Below, piece after piece: positions 10,323-19,232 of a DNA stretch of 54,801 nt; position 1 is the first letter of the stretch; each line of letters begins with the position of its first letter. The stretch spans positions 1-54,801 of the forward strand of contig JAGRED010000198.1 in the NCBI GenBank assembly GCA_020446725.1. Reading direction: 5' to 3'. The notes beneath the pieces are model-generated. The model had not been told where the DNA came from and made no database searches. It saw only the letters and a list, made by a program, of their open reading frames with translations. The stretch comes from Parvularculaceae bacterium. GTDB lineage: Bacteria; Pseudomonadota; Alphaproteobacteria; Caulobacterales; Parvularculaceae. A program made the translations under genes and the position numbers.

Positions 10323-10475
10323 ATGACATCAACCGCCCGCTCTTCCGATATCACCCGCCGCCTCGCGCGCAATCTCATCGTCACGCTCGCCGTCACGGCG
10401 ATTTTCGCCTTCAAGGCGGTTGAACCGCAGACCGCCGCGCCGGCGCTTGAGCTTTTCGCCGCGGCCTCCCGCTAG
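10323..10475 (+). CDS. small 50-aa membrane/exported protein (not in ORF track)
   Basis: MTSTARSSDITRRLARNLIVTLAVTAIFAFKAVEPQTAAPALELFAAASR*; AAGGG upstream; fills the pgi-redoxin gap. Confidence 0.5.
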   Translation: MTSTARSSDITRRLARNLIVTLAVTAIFAFKAVEPQTAAPALELFAAASR

Positions 10476-10478
10476 ATC

Positions 10479-11084
10479 TTACGATCCGTATTTGACCGAG
10501 CAGCCATAGGGCCGCGTCTCCTTGACCGTGACCGGTTTGCCGTCCGAGACCTCGTCGAGCGCCGCCAGCAGGTAATTCGTCGACCCTTCGACGCTCGCAT
10601 GATTGGCGGTCGGGCGATCGTCGATCGCTCCCTGGTAGCGCAGGACGCCCGCCTGATCGATCAGCGCCATCTGCGGCGTCGTTTTCGCGCCATAGGCCTT
10701 GCCGACGACGCCGTCCGGGTCGAGCAGCACGAAATCGGGCTCGGCCTTGTAGCCGGCGGTCAGCTCATTCGCGCGCGCGGCGTCGGCGTGGCCCTGCTTG
10801 CCGGGGGCCGAGGAAATGACCGTGATCCAGACGACATCCGCCTCATTCGCGATCCGCTGGGTCTTTTGCATATTGCCCGTCTCATAATGTTTCTGGACGA
10901 AGGGACAGCCGTCATTCGTCCACTCAAGGACGACGAGCTCGCCCTTGAACTGATCGAGCGAGATCGTCTCTCCGTTTGAGGCAGTCCCAGAAAAGGCCGG
11001 CGCCGGCGCATCGACAGCAGGACCGGCGAAGGCGGCGCTCGCCGCAAACGTCGCAGCGGCGGTGAAATGGGAAAGTTTCATCAT
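10479..11084 (-). CDS. periplasmic redoxin (AhpC/TSA, thioredoxin-like)
   Basis: Signal peptide; EWTNDGCPFV, AKTTP, YGCSVKY. Confidence 0.88.
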   Translation of the reverse strand: MMKLSHFTAAATFAASAAFAGPAVDAPAPAFSGTASNGETISLDQFKGELVVLEWTNDGCPFVQKHYETGNMQKTQRIANEADVVWITVISSAPGKQGHADAARANELTAGYKAEPDFVLLDPDGVVGKAYGAKTTPQMALIDQAGVLRYQGAIDDRPTANHASVEGSTNYLLAALDEVSDGKPVTVKETRPYGCSVKYGS

Positions 11085-11108
11085 CGGCGCGTCTCCTTTC
11101 AGGGTCGG

Positions 11109-13148
11109 TTACGAGGCGGCGCGATTGAGCGCCTCCAGAATGCGGCGTTCGGTGAGCGGCTGCTCAAGGACGATCGCCTCGCCGCCGCCGGGATAAACGA
11201 GATAAAGCGGCACGCCATTGGCGCCGAATTCGGCGAGCGCGCGCTCAATGGCGGGATCGCGGTTCGTCCAGTCGGCGGTGACGAACGCGACGCCTTTTTC
11301 TTCGAACGCCGCCTTGACCGCCGGAGAGGAAAGAACGGTCAGCTTGTTCACCTGGCAGGTGACGCACCACGCCGCCGTGAAATCGACGAAGATCGTTTCG
11401 CCCGCCGCCCTTCGCGCCTCGATATCGGAAGGGTCAAAGGGAATGACGCCGGCAGCGGCTTCTTTCGCAACGACAGGCTTCATAAGCGAGACCGGAACGA
11501 GCGCGGCGAGGAGCAGGCCGACTGCGGCGAGCCTGGCGCCTTTCGCCTCCCGCCCCCATTCCCAAAGACGCGCCCCGAGCGCGACGGCGATCAGCCCGGT
11601 AATGGCGAAGGCGAGGCCTTTTTGCCCGGTCTGCGCGGCGAGAACCCAGATGAAAAAGCCCGCGGCGGCGAAAACCGGAAAAGCCAGCGCCTGACGGAAC
11701 CGGTCCATCCACGGCCCCGGCTTCGGCAGAAGGCGCGCCGCGCCCGGCGAGAAGGAAAGAGCGACATAGGGCGCGGCTAGCCCCAGCGCCATGGCGATGA
11801 AAATCGAGAGGCCCTGGAGCGGCGGCAGGATTGCGGCCGCCCCGACAGGTGCCGTCAGCAGCGGCCCGACACACGGCGCGGCGACAATGACGGCGAGAAC
11901 GCCGGTCATGAAGGCGGAAGCATCGCCGCTTTTGCCGGCGACAAGCCCGGAACCGAGATTTTGAATGCTCGATCCGACATGAAAAGCGCCGGCGAGATTG
12001 AGGCCGACCGCGAAAAGCACATAGGCCGAGAGCGCGACGACCGCCGGCGACTGAAGGTGAAAGCCCCAGCCGATCTCCTCACCGCCCGCCCGCAGCAACA
12101 GCAGAAGCCCCCCGAGTGCGGCGAAACTGGCGATGACGCCGGCGCCGTATAGAACGCCATGCCGGCGGAGCGAGGCGCCCTCGCCGCTCGCGGCTTTTGC
12201 CATCGACGCCGCTTTGACGAACAGGATCGGAAATACGCAGGGCATGAGATTGAGGATCGCGCCGCCGAAAAAGGCGGCGATGAAGAGCGCGAAGAGCGAG
12301 CCGCCCGCCGCGTTCGGCGATGTTGACGCCACGCCGCCGTCCGCAGCGCCGCGTTCCGCCGTGAGCGAATAGGATTGCGCGCCTTCGCCATCCCCAAATT
12401 GAATAACGCCGGATAGCGGTCCCGAAAGAGCGTCCAGATCAGGTCCGCCAGCGATTGCGACAAGCAGGCGATCGCCTTTCCTGCGCGCACGCTGTTCCGC
12501 GGCGGGTTCGGATGCGCCCGGCATGTCAGGAAAGAAATAGGCGTCTTCGCCGAGCGCCGGGATATCGAGCGTCAGCGACGTTCCCTGCACGGCGTAATGC
12601 GCCTCACCGTCGAGCGGCGTCGGCATTGCGGTGCGCGCGCCTGCAAAAAGCGCCGCGACCTGAGGATCGGCGCTCGCCTTTTCGACAACTGGAATTGAAA
12701 GCGAGAAACTTCCCGTCTCGGGCACGCAAATGTCGGCGCAGATAAGCCACGTCGCTTCAAGCGCGATGTCGAGCGTCGACCCGACGACGGCGTCTGCGGG
12801 CGCCGTCACGCGCGTCAGGAAAACCGGCGCGCCTTCGTGGCCGAAATTGACGAGCGGCCCGATCGGAATGCGGTGAGGCGCGGGATAATAAATGGCGCCC
12901 GCTTCAGCGCCCGCCGGCAAGGTCCACTTGAAATCGAGCGGCAATCCGGAATCGCCCGGATTTTTCCAGTAGACGTGCCAGCCTTCTTCGAGGCGCTGCG
13001 CGAAAGCCAGCGCGATGACGCCGCCAGGCTCGACCCCGTCCGTTTCCGGCGCAAGGCGCGATTGCGCATGGTCGGTGACGACCGTTGTCTGTGCGTAAGC
13101 CGGCGCCGCTAACGCAAGGACGGCGACGAGGAAGGAGAAAACTCGCAT
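11109..13148 (-). CDS. dsbD: thiol:disulfide interchange protein DsbD/ScsB family
   Basis: WHVYWKNPGDSG, CADICVP, LNLMPCVFP, APCVGP, WCVTC. Confidence 0.9.
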   Translation of the reverse strand: MRVFSFLVAVLALAAPAYAQTTVVTDHAQSRLAPETDGVEPGGVIALAFAQRLEEGWHVYWKNPGDSGLPLDFKWTLPAGAEAGAIYYPAPHRIPIGPLVNFGHEGAPVFLTRVTAPADAVVGSTLDIALEATWLICADICVPETGSFSLSIPVVEKASADPQVAALFAGARTAMPTPLDGEAHYAVQGTSLTLDIPALGEDAYFFPDMPGASEPAAEQRARRKGDRLLVAIAGGPDLDALSGPLSGVIQFGDGEGAQSYSLTAERGAADGGVASTSPNAAGGSLFALFIAAFFGGAILNLMPCVFPILFVKAASMAKAASGEGASLRRHGVLYGAGVIASFAALGGLLLLLRAGGEEIGWGFHLQSPAVVALSAYVLFAVGLNLAGAFHVGSSIQNLGSGLVAGKSGDASAFMTGVLAVIVAAPCVGPLLTAPVGAAAILPPLQGLSIFIAMALGLAAPYVALSFSPGAARLLPKPGPWMDRFRQALAFPVFAAAGFFIWVLAAQTGQKGLAFAITGLIAVALGARLWEWGREAKGARLAAVGLLLAALVPVSLMKPVVAKEAAAGVIPFDPSDIEARRAAGETIFVDFTAAWCVTCQVNKLTVLSSPAVKAAFEEKGVAFVTADWTNRDPAIERALAEFGANGVPLYLVYPGGGEAIVLEQPLTERRILEALNRAAS

Positions 13149-13229
13149 CCGTCCTCCTTACGCGAGACCGCCCGCACGGCCAATATGACCGGCGGGCGGC
13201 GAGACGCAGATCGCTTTGATTTGAAGTCT

Positions 13230-14024
13230 TTACGAGGGACGCTGTCCCGTCACGGCCTCAGACTCGCTGATATTGAGGCGCTTCATGCGGCGGCCGATGA
13301 GCGAGCGCCAATTGCTGAGCGACACGAGATGCGCGTAGATCGGCGCGAGCACGTTCATCTTGCGCAGTTCGAGAAACTGCTCGTCAGTCAACTGATTGAG
13401 GCGCTGCTCGTCGACGCCGAGATATTGCGCAAAGGTGCGCGGCGCCGTTTCGCCGGCCGGCGTGTACTGCGCGGTCTGCGGCTGGATGATGCTGAACTTT
13501 TTCAGCTCTTTCATGATCCGCTCGGTCAGGCGGCGGTCGGCTTCGTAGGTCGACGTAAACTCCATCGCGCGCTTGGAGAACTCGCTGAGTTCGCCATTGT
13601 CGAACAGCTTGCGTTCGGCGTTAGGCGAAACGCCCTCATAGGCCGCGTCAAAAACGAGCGCATAGCGGTCGCCGCCGGTCTCGCCGGCGAGTGCGAAGGG
13701 ATAACGGCGCAGATATCCCGGGATATAGGTGTGCTCGTCCCAATTGCCGTTCTCATCGACAAAGAGGTTGAGATCGCTGTTGAAGCCGAGAATGGCGATC
13801 GGCAGCGGCTCATCCTGCGAATAGAAGACGACCGGATAATATTTCGCGGCCTCGACAACTTCCGAGATCGTCAGCGGGATCGCGCGCACTTTCGAGCAAA
13901 AGCTGAACGGCTTCGCAGCGTTGTCGAGACCGAGCTTGCCGTGCTGTTCCTTGTTCAGGAGTTCCGGTCGCTCAAAAAGATACATCTTGCCGTTGATTTG
14001 CGGCGCGGCGGGCGTCTGGCTCAT
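13230..14024 (-). CDS. SapC family protein
   Basis: IPLTISE..AA.YYPVVF, NLFVD..G.W...YIPGYLRRYPF, LFDNGE, IYAHLVSL. Confidence 0.85.
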   Translation of the reverse strand: MSQTPAAPQINGKMYLFERPELLNKEQHGKLGLDNAAKPFSFCSKVRAIPLTISEVVEAAKYYPVVFYSQDEPLPIAILGFNSDLNLFVDENGNWDEHTYIPGYLRRYPFALAGETGGDRYALVFDAAYEGVSPNAERKLFDNGELSEFSKRAMEFTSTYEADRRLTERIMKELKKFSIIQPQTAQYTPAGETAPRTFAQYLGVDEQRLNQLTDEQFLELRKMNVLAPIYAHLVSLSNWRSLIGRRMKRLNISESEAVTGQRPS

Positions 14025-14149
14025 GGGTTCTTTCCCTAAACAATACGATGTGACGACGCCGCAAAGCGGGTCGCGCCGCCTCATCGGCGGCGAAGTCGCG
14101 GGTCGCCTTAGCAAAAAGAGCGCCGGGGTCCAAGGGCGCAGGGGCGAGG

Positions 14150-15037
14150 TCAGCCCTCAAGCAGGAACTGCGCCGCAAGCGCCGGGTTTTCCATCGGGAC
14201 GAGATGGGTCAGTCCGTCGGCCCTGACGACGTGTGCGCCAGCGTTTTCAAGCCGTTTCAGGGCGAATGGCCGCACGGTCGTCGAAGGGTGGCTGGCGACG
14301 AGCACTGAAATTGGCGCCGGGGCGCTTTTGACCGCGCCCCAGAAATCCTGCGCATGGCCGGAAAACGTCGCCGCCTCCCAGGCCGGCGCGCAGGAAAGCG
14401 CGACGCCCCCGTCGGTCTCGTAAAGACCGTCTTCGAGATAGTCGTCGAGGACCCCGTCCGCCCAGCCTGCAAACAGGGACTTTGTCGCATATCGGCGATG
14501 AACGGACGCCCGGTCCGGAAAATGGGCGCGGCGCGCCCGGGCGCCTTTCGCCAGCGGGAGGCGCTGCGCGAAGAGGATCCAGAACGGCGTTTTCGCGGCG
14601 AATGAAAACCAGCGCGGCATCGCCACAGGTTCAATGAGGCGCAGCGCCGCCACATCCTTCCGGCCTGCGGCGGCGAGCGTAACGGCGACCGCGCCGAGCG
14701 AATGCCCCGCGAGCGTCCATGGCGCCCGCGCTGGCGAGGACGCATTCAATACGTCGAGCAGCGCGGCGACATCTCGTCCGTATACGTCCATGCTGCTATG
14801 ATTCGCAGGATCGACCGGAAGGCGCGAGCGGCCATGTCCGCGCAGATCGACCGCGTGAATATCGTATCGATCGCCCATCGCCTCAAAAACGCGCCGATAG
14901 GCCGATGCGCAAAAACCGTTGGCGTGCGCGAACAAAAATGGCGGCGCGCCTTGTCGCCCGAAGCGGCGCAAGGCGATTTCGCCATCGCTGAGCGCGACAA
15001 GCAGGCGATCATTCAATGGTTCGAGACCGGCTGACAT
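14150..15037 (-). CDS. alpha/beta hydrolase
   Basis: HANGF, DLRGHG, GHSLG nucleophile elbow, THLVPME. Confidence 0.88.
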   Translation of the reverse strand: MSAGLEPLNDRLLVALSDGEIALRRFGRQGAPPFLFAHANGFCASAYRRVFEAMGDRYDIHAVDLRGHGRSRLPVDPANHSSMDVYGRDVAALLDVLNASSPARAPWTLAGHSLGAVAVTLAAAGRKDVAALRLIEPVAMPRWFSFAAKTPFWILFAQRLPLAKGARARRAHFPDRASVHRRYATKSLFAGWADGVLDDYLEDGLYETDGGVALSCAPAWEAATFSGHAQDFWGAVKSAPAPISVLVASHPSTTVRPFALKRLENAGAHVVRADGLTHLVPMENPALAAQFLLEG

Positions 15038-15051
15038 ACAGGGCGCAAGCC

Positions 15052-15576
15052 TTACAGGTTTCGCGACAGCCTGTAGACCGTGACAAGATGCAGCGCGTCT
15101 TCCGCCGCGCGGTGACGGCGCGGCGCCAGCCGGTCCGCGCGAGTAAGAAGGTCGGCCTTTCGCTCAGACGTCAGCGGCGGCATCACGTTTGAAAACTCCT
15201 GAAGGCGAATGGGGCACTTCCGCCCCGCCGCCTCAAACAGGCGCATCATCCAGAAAGCGTCCCAGTCCGGCGCATCGGAATAGACGGCGCAATCGGCGAG
15301 CGCCGCCATCCTGTCGCAGGCGGCAGCGACACTGACGCCGAGATCGCTCAGCATTTTCAGCGTGATGCCGTGCAGCTTTTCCGCACGCGGATCCCAGGCT
15401 TCCGCCGGCCATTCCGGCGCAGGGCTGACGAGGAACGATTCGCCGGCGCCGTCTTCAAACGCCCAGCCGACCTCGATCGGCCACGAACGCGCGCCGAGCC
15501 CTGAGGCTTCAAAATCGATGAACGCCAGACGCGCCGCCATCGCCTTTTCCGGTTGCGGAACGGCGCCCTGCGCCAT
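15052..15576 (-). CDS. stand-alone DEDDh 3'-5' exonuclease-like protein
   Basis: FIDFEASG..PIEVG (ExoI), HGI, HRAAEDA (ExoIII); start may be 15540. Confidence 0.7.
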   Translation of the reverse strand: MAQGAVPQPEKAMAARLAFIDFEASGLGARSWPIEVGWAFEDGAGESFLVSPAPEWPAEAWDPRAEKLHGITLKMLSDLGVSVAAACDRMAALADCAVYSDAPDWDAFWMMRLFEAAGRKCPIRLQEFSNVMPPLTSERKADLLTRADRLAPRRHRAAEDALHLVTVYRLSRNL

Positions 15577-15687
15577 TCATGCCATCAGCACGGGCCGCAG
15601 ACCGGCCCATGCGGCAATGTCACCGCGCCCGCGCCGCTTTTCAATGATATCGAAGGCTCGGCCGCGCCGAGCGTGGGAACGGCCCCG

Positions 15688-15888
15688 TCAGGCCCGCGGC
15701 CGAAAAACGCCCGTCTCAGGATCTTTTTCGAAATCGATAACGTCGCCGGCGCCGGGATTGGCGCCGCGCATCTCGTCAATGGCCGCGCGCAACTGGTCCG
15801 CTTGCCGCCGCGCGAATCGGTAAACGGTCACCGCCGCGCCGGCGACGAGAAGCCCGGCGAGAATGCCTGCGGTCGTGTTCATCGCCAT
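15688..15888 (-). CDS. small single-TM hypothetical protein
   Basis: N-terminal TM, helical segment, C-terminal FEKDPETGVFRP; AAAGGG RBS. Confidence 0.65.
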   Translation of the reverse strand: MAMNTTAGILAGLLVAGAAVTVYRFARRQADQLRAAIDEMRGANPGAGDVIDFEKDPETGVFRPRA

Positions 15889-16170
15889 CCCTTTCTGCGC
15901 TCATGAAAATCATGCGCGCTTGCACCATATCGACGCGCGACTGCTTTCACGCACGCTCATTTTACGGCCGCCTGGCCGTCCGATCAATCGCTGCGCGCGC
16001 ATCATCGCTCGCTCCGTCGCGGCCGCGGAACCGCCCGCCGCGCCGATCAATCATTTGTGATGGGCCCGCCAGGCGCGCAGCGCGCCCAATACGCCGCATT
16101 CGCGCGCCTTGACCCGGCGATCCGCCAAGCCCAATCTCCGGACCGAAAATTGAGCCTTGTCCGGACCCAG

Positions 16171-17223
16171 GTGGATTTAGCAATCACATCTCCTTCGCCC
16201 GCCCGCCTTTCGAAAGCGAGCGTCGATGGCGGCGCGCGGGAATTCTCCGCGACCGTCGCGGAACTGAAAGCGCTGTGCGCTTCAGATCTCAACGACGTGA
16301 ATGCGACGATCATGGTGGCGCTCAAGTCGCAAAGCTCGATGATCGCGGAAATCGGCGGGCATCTCATCAATGCGGGCGGCAAACGGCTTCGGCCGCTGCT
16401 GACGCTCGCCGCGGCGCGCATGTGCGATTGCGCCAATGACGATCATATCAGACTCGCCGCCGCGGTTGAGCTGATCCATGGCGCGACATTGCTGCATGAC
16501 GATGTCGTTGACGCTTCATCGCTGCGGCGCGGCGCGTCGACGGCGAATGTCATCTGGGGCAATAAGGAAAGCGTTCTCGTCGGCGATTTCCTTTTCTCAC
16601 AGGCGTTCGAACTGATGGTCGCAGCGGGCGACTTGCGCGTGCTGCAGATTCTTTCTCGCGCCGCCGGCGTAATCGCCGAAGGCGAAGTCCTGCAACTCGC
16701 CACGCAAAAGAACCTCGAAGCGACGTTTGAAATGTATCTCGCCGTCGTCGAATCGAAGACGGCCGCGCTTTTTGCAGCAGCCGCGCAGGCGGGCGCCGTC
16801 ATCGCCGGCGCCGATGCGCGGTGCGAGGAAGCGCTGCGGTCGTTCGGACGCAATCTCGGCGTCGCCTACCAGCTGATTGACGACGCGCTCGATTACGCGG
16901 GACGCGAAAACGCGCTCGGCAAGAGCGTCGGCGACGATTTCCGCGAAGGCAAGATGACGCTGCCGGTGGTTTACGCCTTCGACCGCGCGACGGAAGCCGA
17001 TCGCGGCTTCTGGCGTCGCACTATCGCCGAGGGCAGCCAGCAGGCGGGCGATTTTGAACAGGCGCGAAAGCTGATCATTTCGACGCGGGCGCTTGATGAC
17101 ACAATCGCCTGCGCGAAACGTTACGCCGCCCGCGCGGTTGAGGACCTCGCCCGCGCGCCGCAGAACACGTTCACGAAAGCGCTCGCCGATCTCGCCGTTT
17201 TCTCCGCGTCGCGGATTTCCTGA
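16171..17223 (+). CDS. ispB: octaprenyl/decaprenyl diphosphate synthase
   Basis: GGKRLRP, LHDDVVD (FARM), QLIDDALD (SARM), GDDFREGK; start uncertain. Confidence 0.9.
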   Translation: MDLAITSPSPARLSKASVDGGAREFSATVAELKALCASDLNDVNATIMVALKSQSSMIAEIGGHLINAGGKRLRPLLTLAAARMCDCANDDHIRLAAAVELIHGATLLHDDVVDASSLRRGASTANVIWGNKESVLVGDFLFSQAFELMVAAGDLRVLQILSRAAGVIAEGEVLQLATQKNLEATFEMYLAVVESKTAALFAAAAQAGAVIAGADARCEEALRSFGRNLGVAYQLIDDALDYAGRENALGKSVGDDFREGKMTLPVVYAFDRATEADRGFWRRTIAEGSQQAGDFEQARKLIISTRALDDTIACAKRYAARAVEDLARAPQNTFTKALADLAVFSASRIS

Positions 17224-17229
17224 TCGCGC

Positions 17230-18345
17230 CTATTCCGCGGCGGCGGGATAGGATTCCGTCTCGACCGTCGGCTCTTCACGCACCGGCTCGGCCGGCCCGG
17301 CGAGAAGCTGCGCCTTCGAGGCGCGCTTGAAGATCATCAGCGCCGGAACCATGAACGCCGCGATCAGGCCGAGCGCCGCGCCGTATTGAACGCCCGCGCT
17401 GAACGCGCCGGCGACCATCGCAACCGTTGTCGAGATGACGACTATCGTCAAATAGAGCGTCGACACCGATTCATGCGTGCCGCCGAGACGCACAAGCAGC
17501 TGATAAAGATGTTCATTATGGGCCGCAAAGATATTCCGGCCGCGGCGCGCGCGATGGACGAGCGTGAACGTGACGTCGAAGATGAACGGGAGAAAAGCGA
17601 TCGGCACGAACATGCGCGAAACCGCGCCCGCCTCGCCATTGCCGACGAGAATCGCAAGCGCGGCGACGGCGAAGCCGACAAACTGGCTGCCTCCGTCGCC
17701 CATGAAAATCCGCCCCTGCGGCAGGTTATGCGGCAGATAGCCGAATAGCGCGCAGGCGAGGAAAATCGCCGGCGGCGCGAAGGCCGCCGCTTCGCCGGCG
17801 GCGGCGACGGCGAGCGCTGAAAGCACGAAAATCGCGCAGGAAGCGGCGATCCCGTTGATGCCGTCCATGAAATTGAACGCGTTCATGAAGGCGACGACCC
17901 AGAAAACCGTCAGCGGGAACGCCGCCGCACCAAGATCAAGCTCGCCGATGAACGGCGCCGGGATCGTGTGAACGGCGCCGAAAACGGCGACAAAGCCGAT
18001 CGCGATGCCCGCCTGGGCCAGAAATTTGATCCGCGCGCCCAGCGGATGCGCGTCATCGACGGCGCCGAACGCGAAGGCGAGAAAAGAAAAGCCGAAAAAT
18101 TTGAAATAGGCCGCGCTCTGATGTCCGTAAATCAGCATGAAGACAGCGAAGAGAGTCATGGCGAGCGCGAACCCGCCGAAGATCGCAAACCCGCCCGCCC
18201 GCGGCGTCAGGCCTTTATGGCTTGATCGCCCGTTGGGCCGGTCCTGAAGGAAGGTTCTGGCGGCGAGGAATTTCGCAGCGACATAACCGGTCGCCCCTGC
18301 GATCACGGCCGCCGACAAAATCATGATCGCTGTCGCCATCAGCAT
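17230..18345 (-). CDS. MraY/WecA-like glycosyl transferase family 4 (polyprenyl-phosphate sugar-1-P transferase)
   Basis: RSSH..TPRAGG, GAVDD, NAFNFMDGING, IFMGDGGS, HLYQ. Confidence 0.88.
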   Translation of the reverse strand: MLMATAIMILSAAVIAGATGYVAAKFLAARTFLQDRPNGRSSHKGLTPRAGGFAIFGGFALAMTLFAVFMLIYGHQSAAYFKFFGFSFLAFAFGAVDDAHPLGARIKFLAQAGIAIGFVAVFGAVHTIPAPFIGELDLGAAAFPLTVFWVVAFMNAFNFMDGINGIAASCAIFVLSALAVAAAGEAAAFAPPAIFLACALFGYLPHNLPQGRIFMGDGGSQFVGFAVAALAILVGNGEAGAVSRMFVPIAFLPFIFDVTFTLVHRARRGRNIFAAHNEHLYQLLVRLGGTHESVSTLYLTIVVISTTVAMVAGAFSAGVQYGAALGLIAAFMVPALMIFKRASKAQLLAGPAEPVREEPTVETESYPAAAE

Positions 18346-18359
18346 TCAGCACACCGTTC

Positions 18360-19232
18360 TTAGCGATCGGCGGCGCATAGCATCGCACTCATCGACCACC
18401 AGCCTCTCCCCGCCATTCCCCGTGCGGCGCGCCCGGCGGCGGCGGCGGAGGAAAACAGACCGAACACAGTCGCGCCGCTGCCGGACATGCGCGCGGCGAG
18501 CGCGCCGGGACAAGCGGCGAGGCGTTCAATGACGGTTTGGACCACAGGTTCACGGGCGATGGCAATCGCCTGGAGGTCATTGTGCGAATTTTCCATCAGC
18601 CCTGTGACCCTTTGATACCCCTCGCCGAACGGAATGACCCTTAAAGGGGTCGGCGGTTCGGGCGACGCCGCGTCAAAGGCGCGGAATACGGGGCCGGTCG
18701 GCATCGCAACGCACGGATTTGTCAGGCATATCCAGAGCGGCGGCAGGACCGGACCGGCCGCGACGCGCTCCCCGGCGCCGCTGACCGCGACCGGCCGGCG
18801 CTCAAGGCAGGCCGGCACGTCGGCGCCGAGACGAAAAGCGAGGTCCGAAAGGTCGCCGGGCGAGATCGTCACCCGCCACAATCGGATCAGCGCGCGAAGC
18901 GCCGCCGCCGCATCGGCAGATCCGCCGCCGATCCCGGATGCGATCGGCAACCGCTTGTCGAGCCGAAGCGCAGCGCCTTCTTTTACGCCCGCTTCCGCCT
19001 GCAACAGGCGCGCTGCGCGCATGACGAGATTGCGTTCGACGGGCTCAGCCGCGAGCGGCGCGGCGAACGGCCCGGCGATTGCGAGCGACAGGCCGTCAGC
19101 GGGCGCAGCCTCGACGACGTCGCCCGCATCGGTGAAAACGAAAAGGCTTTCCAGATCATGCAAGCCGTCGCGGCGCACGGCGCCGACATGAAGATAGAGA
19201 TTGATCTTCGCCGGCGCGATCTCGCAAATCAT
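18360..19232 (-). CDS. ispE: 4-diphosphocytidyl-2C-methyl-D-erythritol kinase
   Basis: APAKINLYLHV, PIASGIGGGSADAAA, GADVP, RMSGSG. Confidence 0.95.
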   Translation of the reverse strand: MICEIAPAKINLYLHVGAVRRDGLHDLESLFVFTDAGDVVEAAPADGLSLAIAGPFAAPLAAEPVERNLVMRAARLLQAEAGVKEGAALRLDKRLPIASGIGGGSADAAAALRALIRLWRVTISPGDLSDLAFRLGADVPACLERRPVAVSGAGERVAAGPVLPPLWICLTNPCVAMPTGPVFRAFDAASPEPPTPLRVIPFGEGYQRVTGLMENSHNDLQAIAIAREPVVQTVIERLAACPGALAARMSGSGATVFGLFSSAAAAGRAARGMAGRGWWSMSAMLCAADR

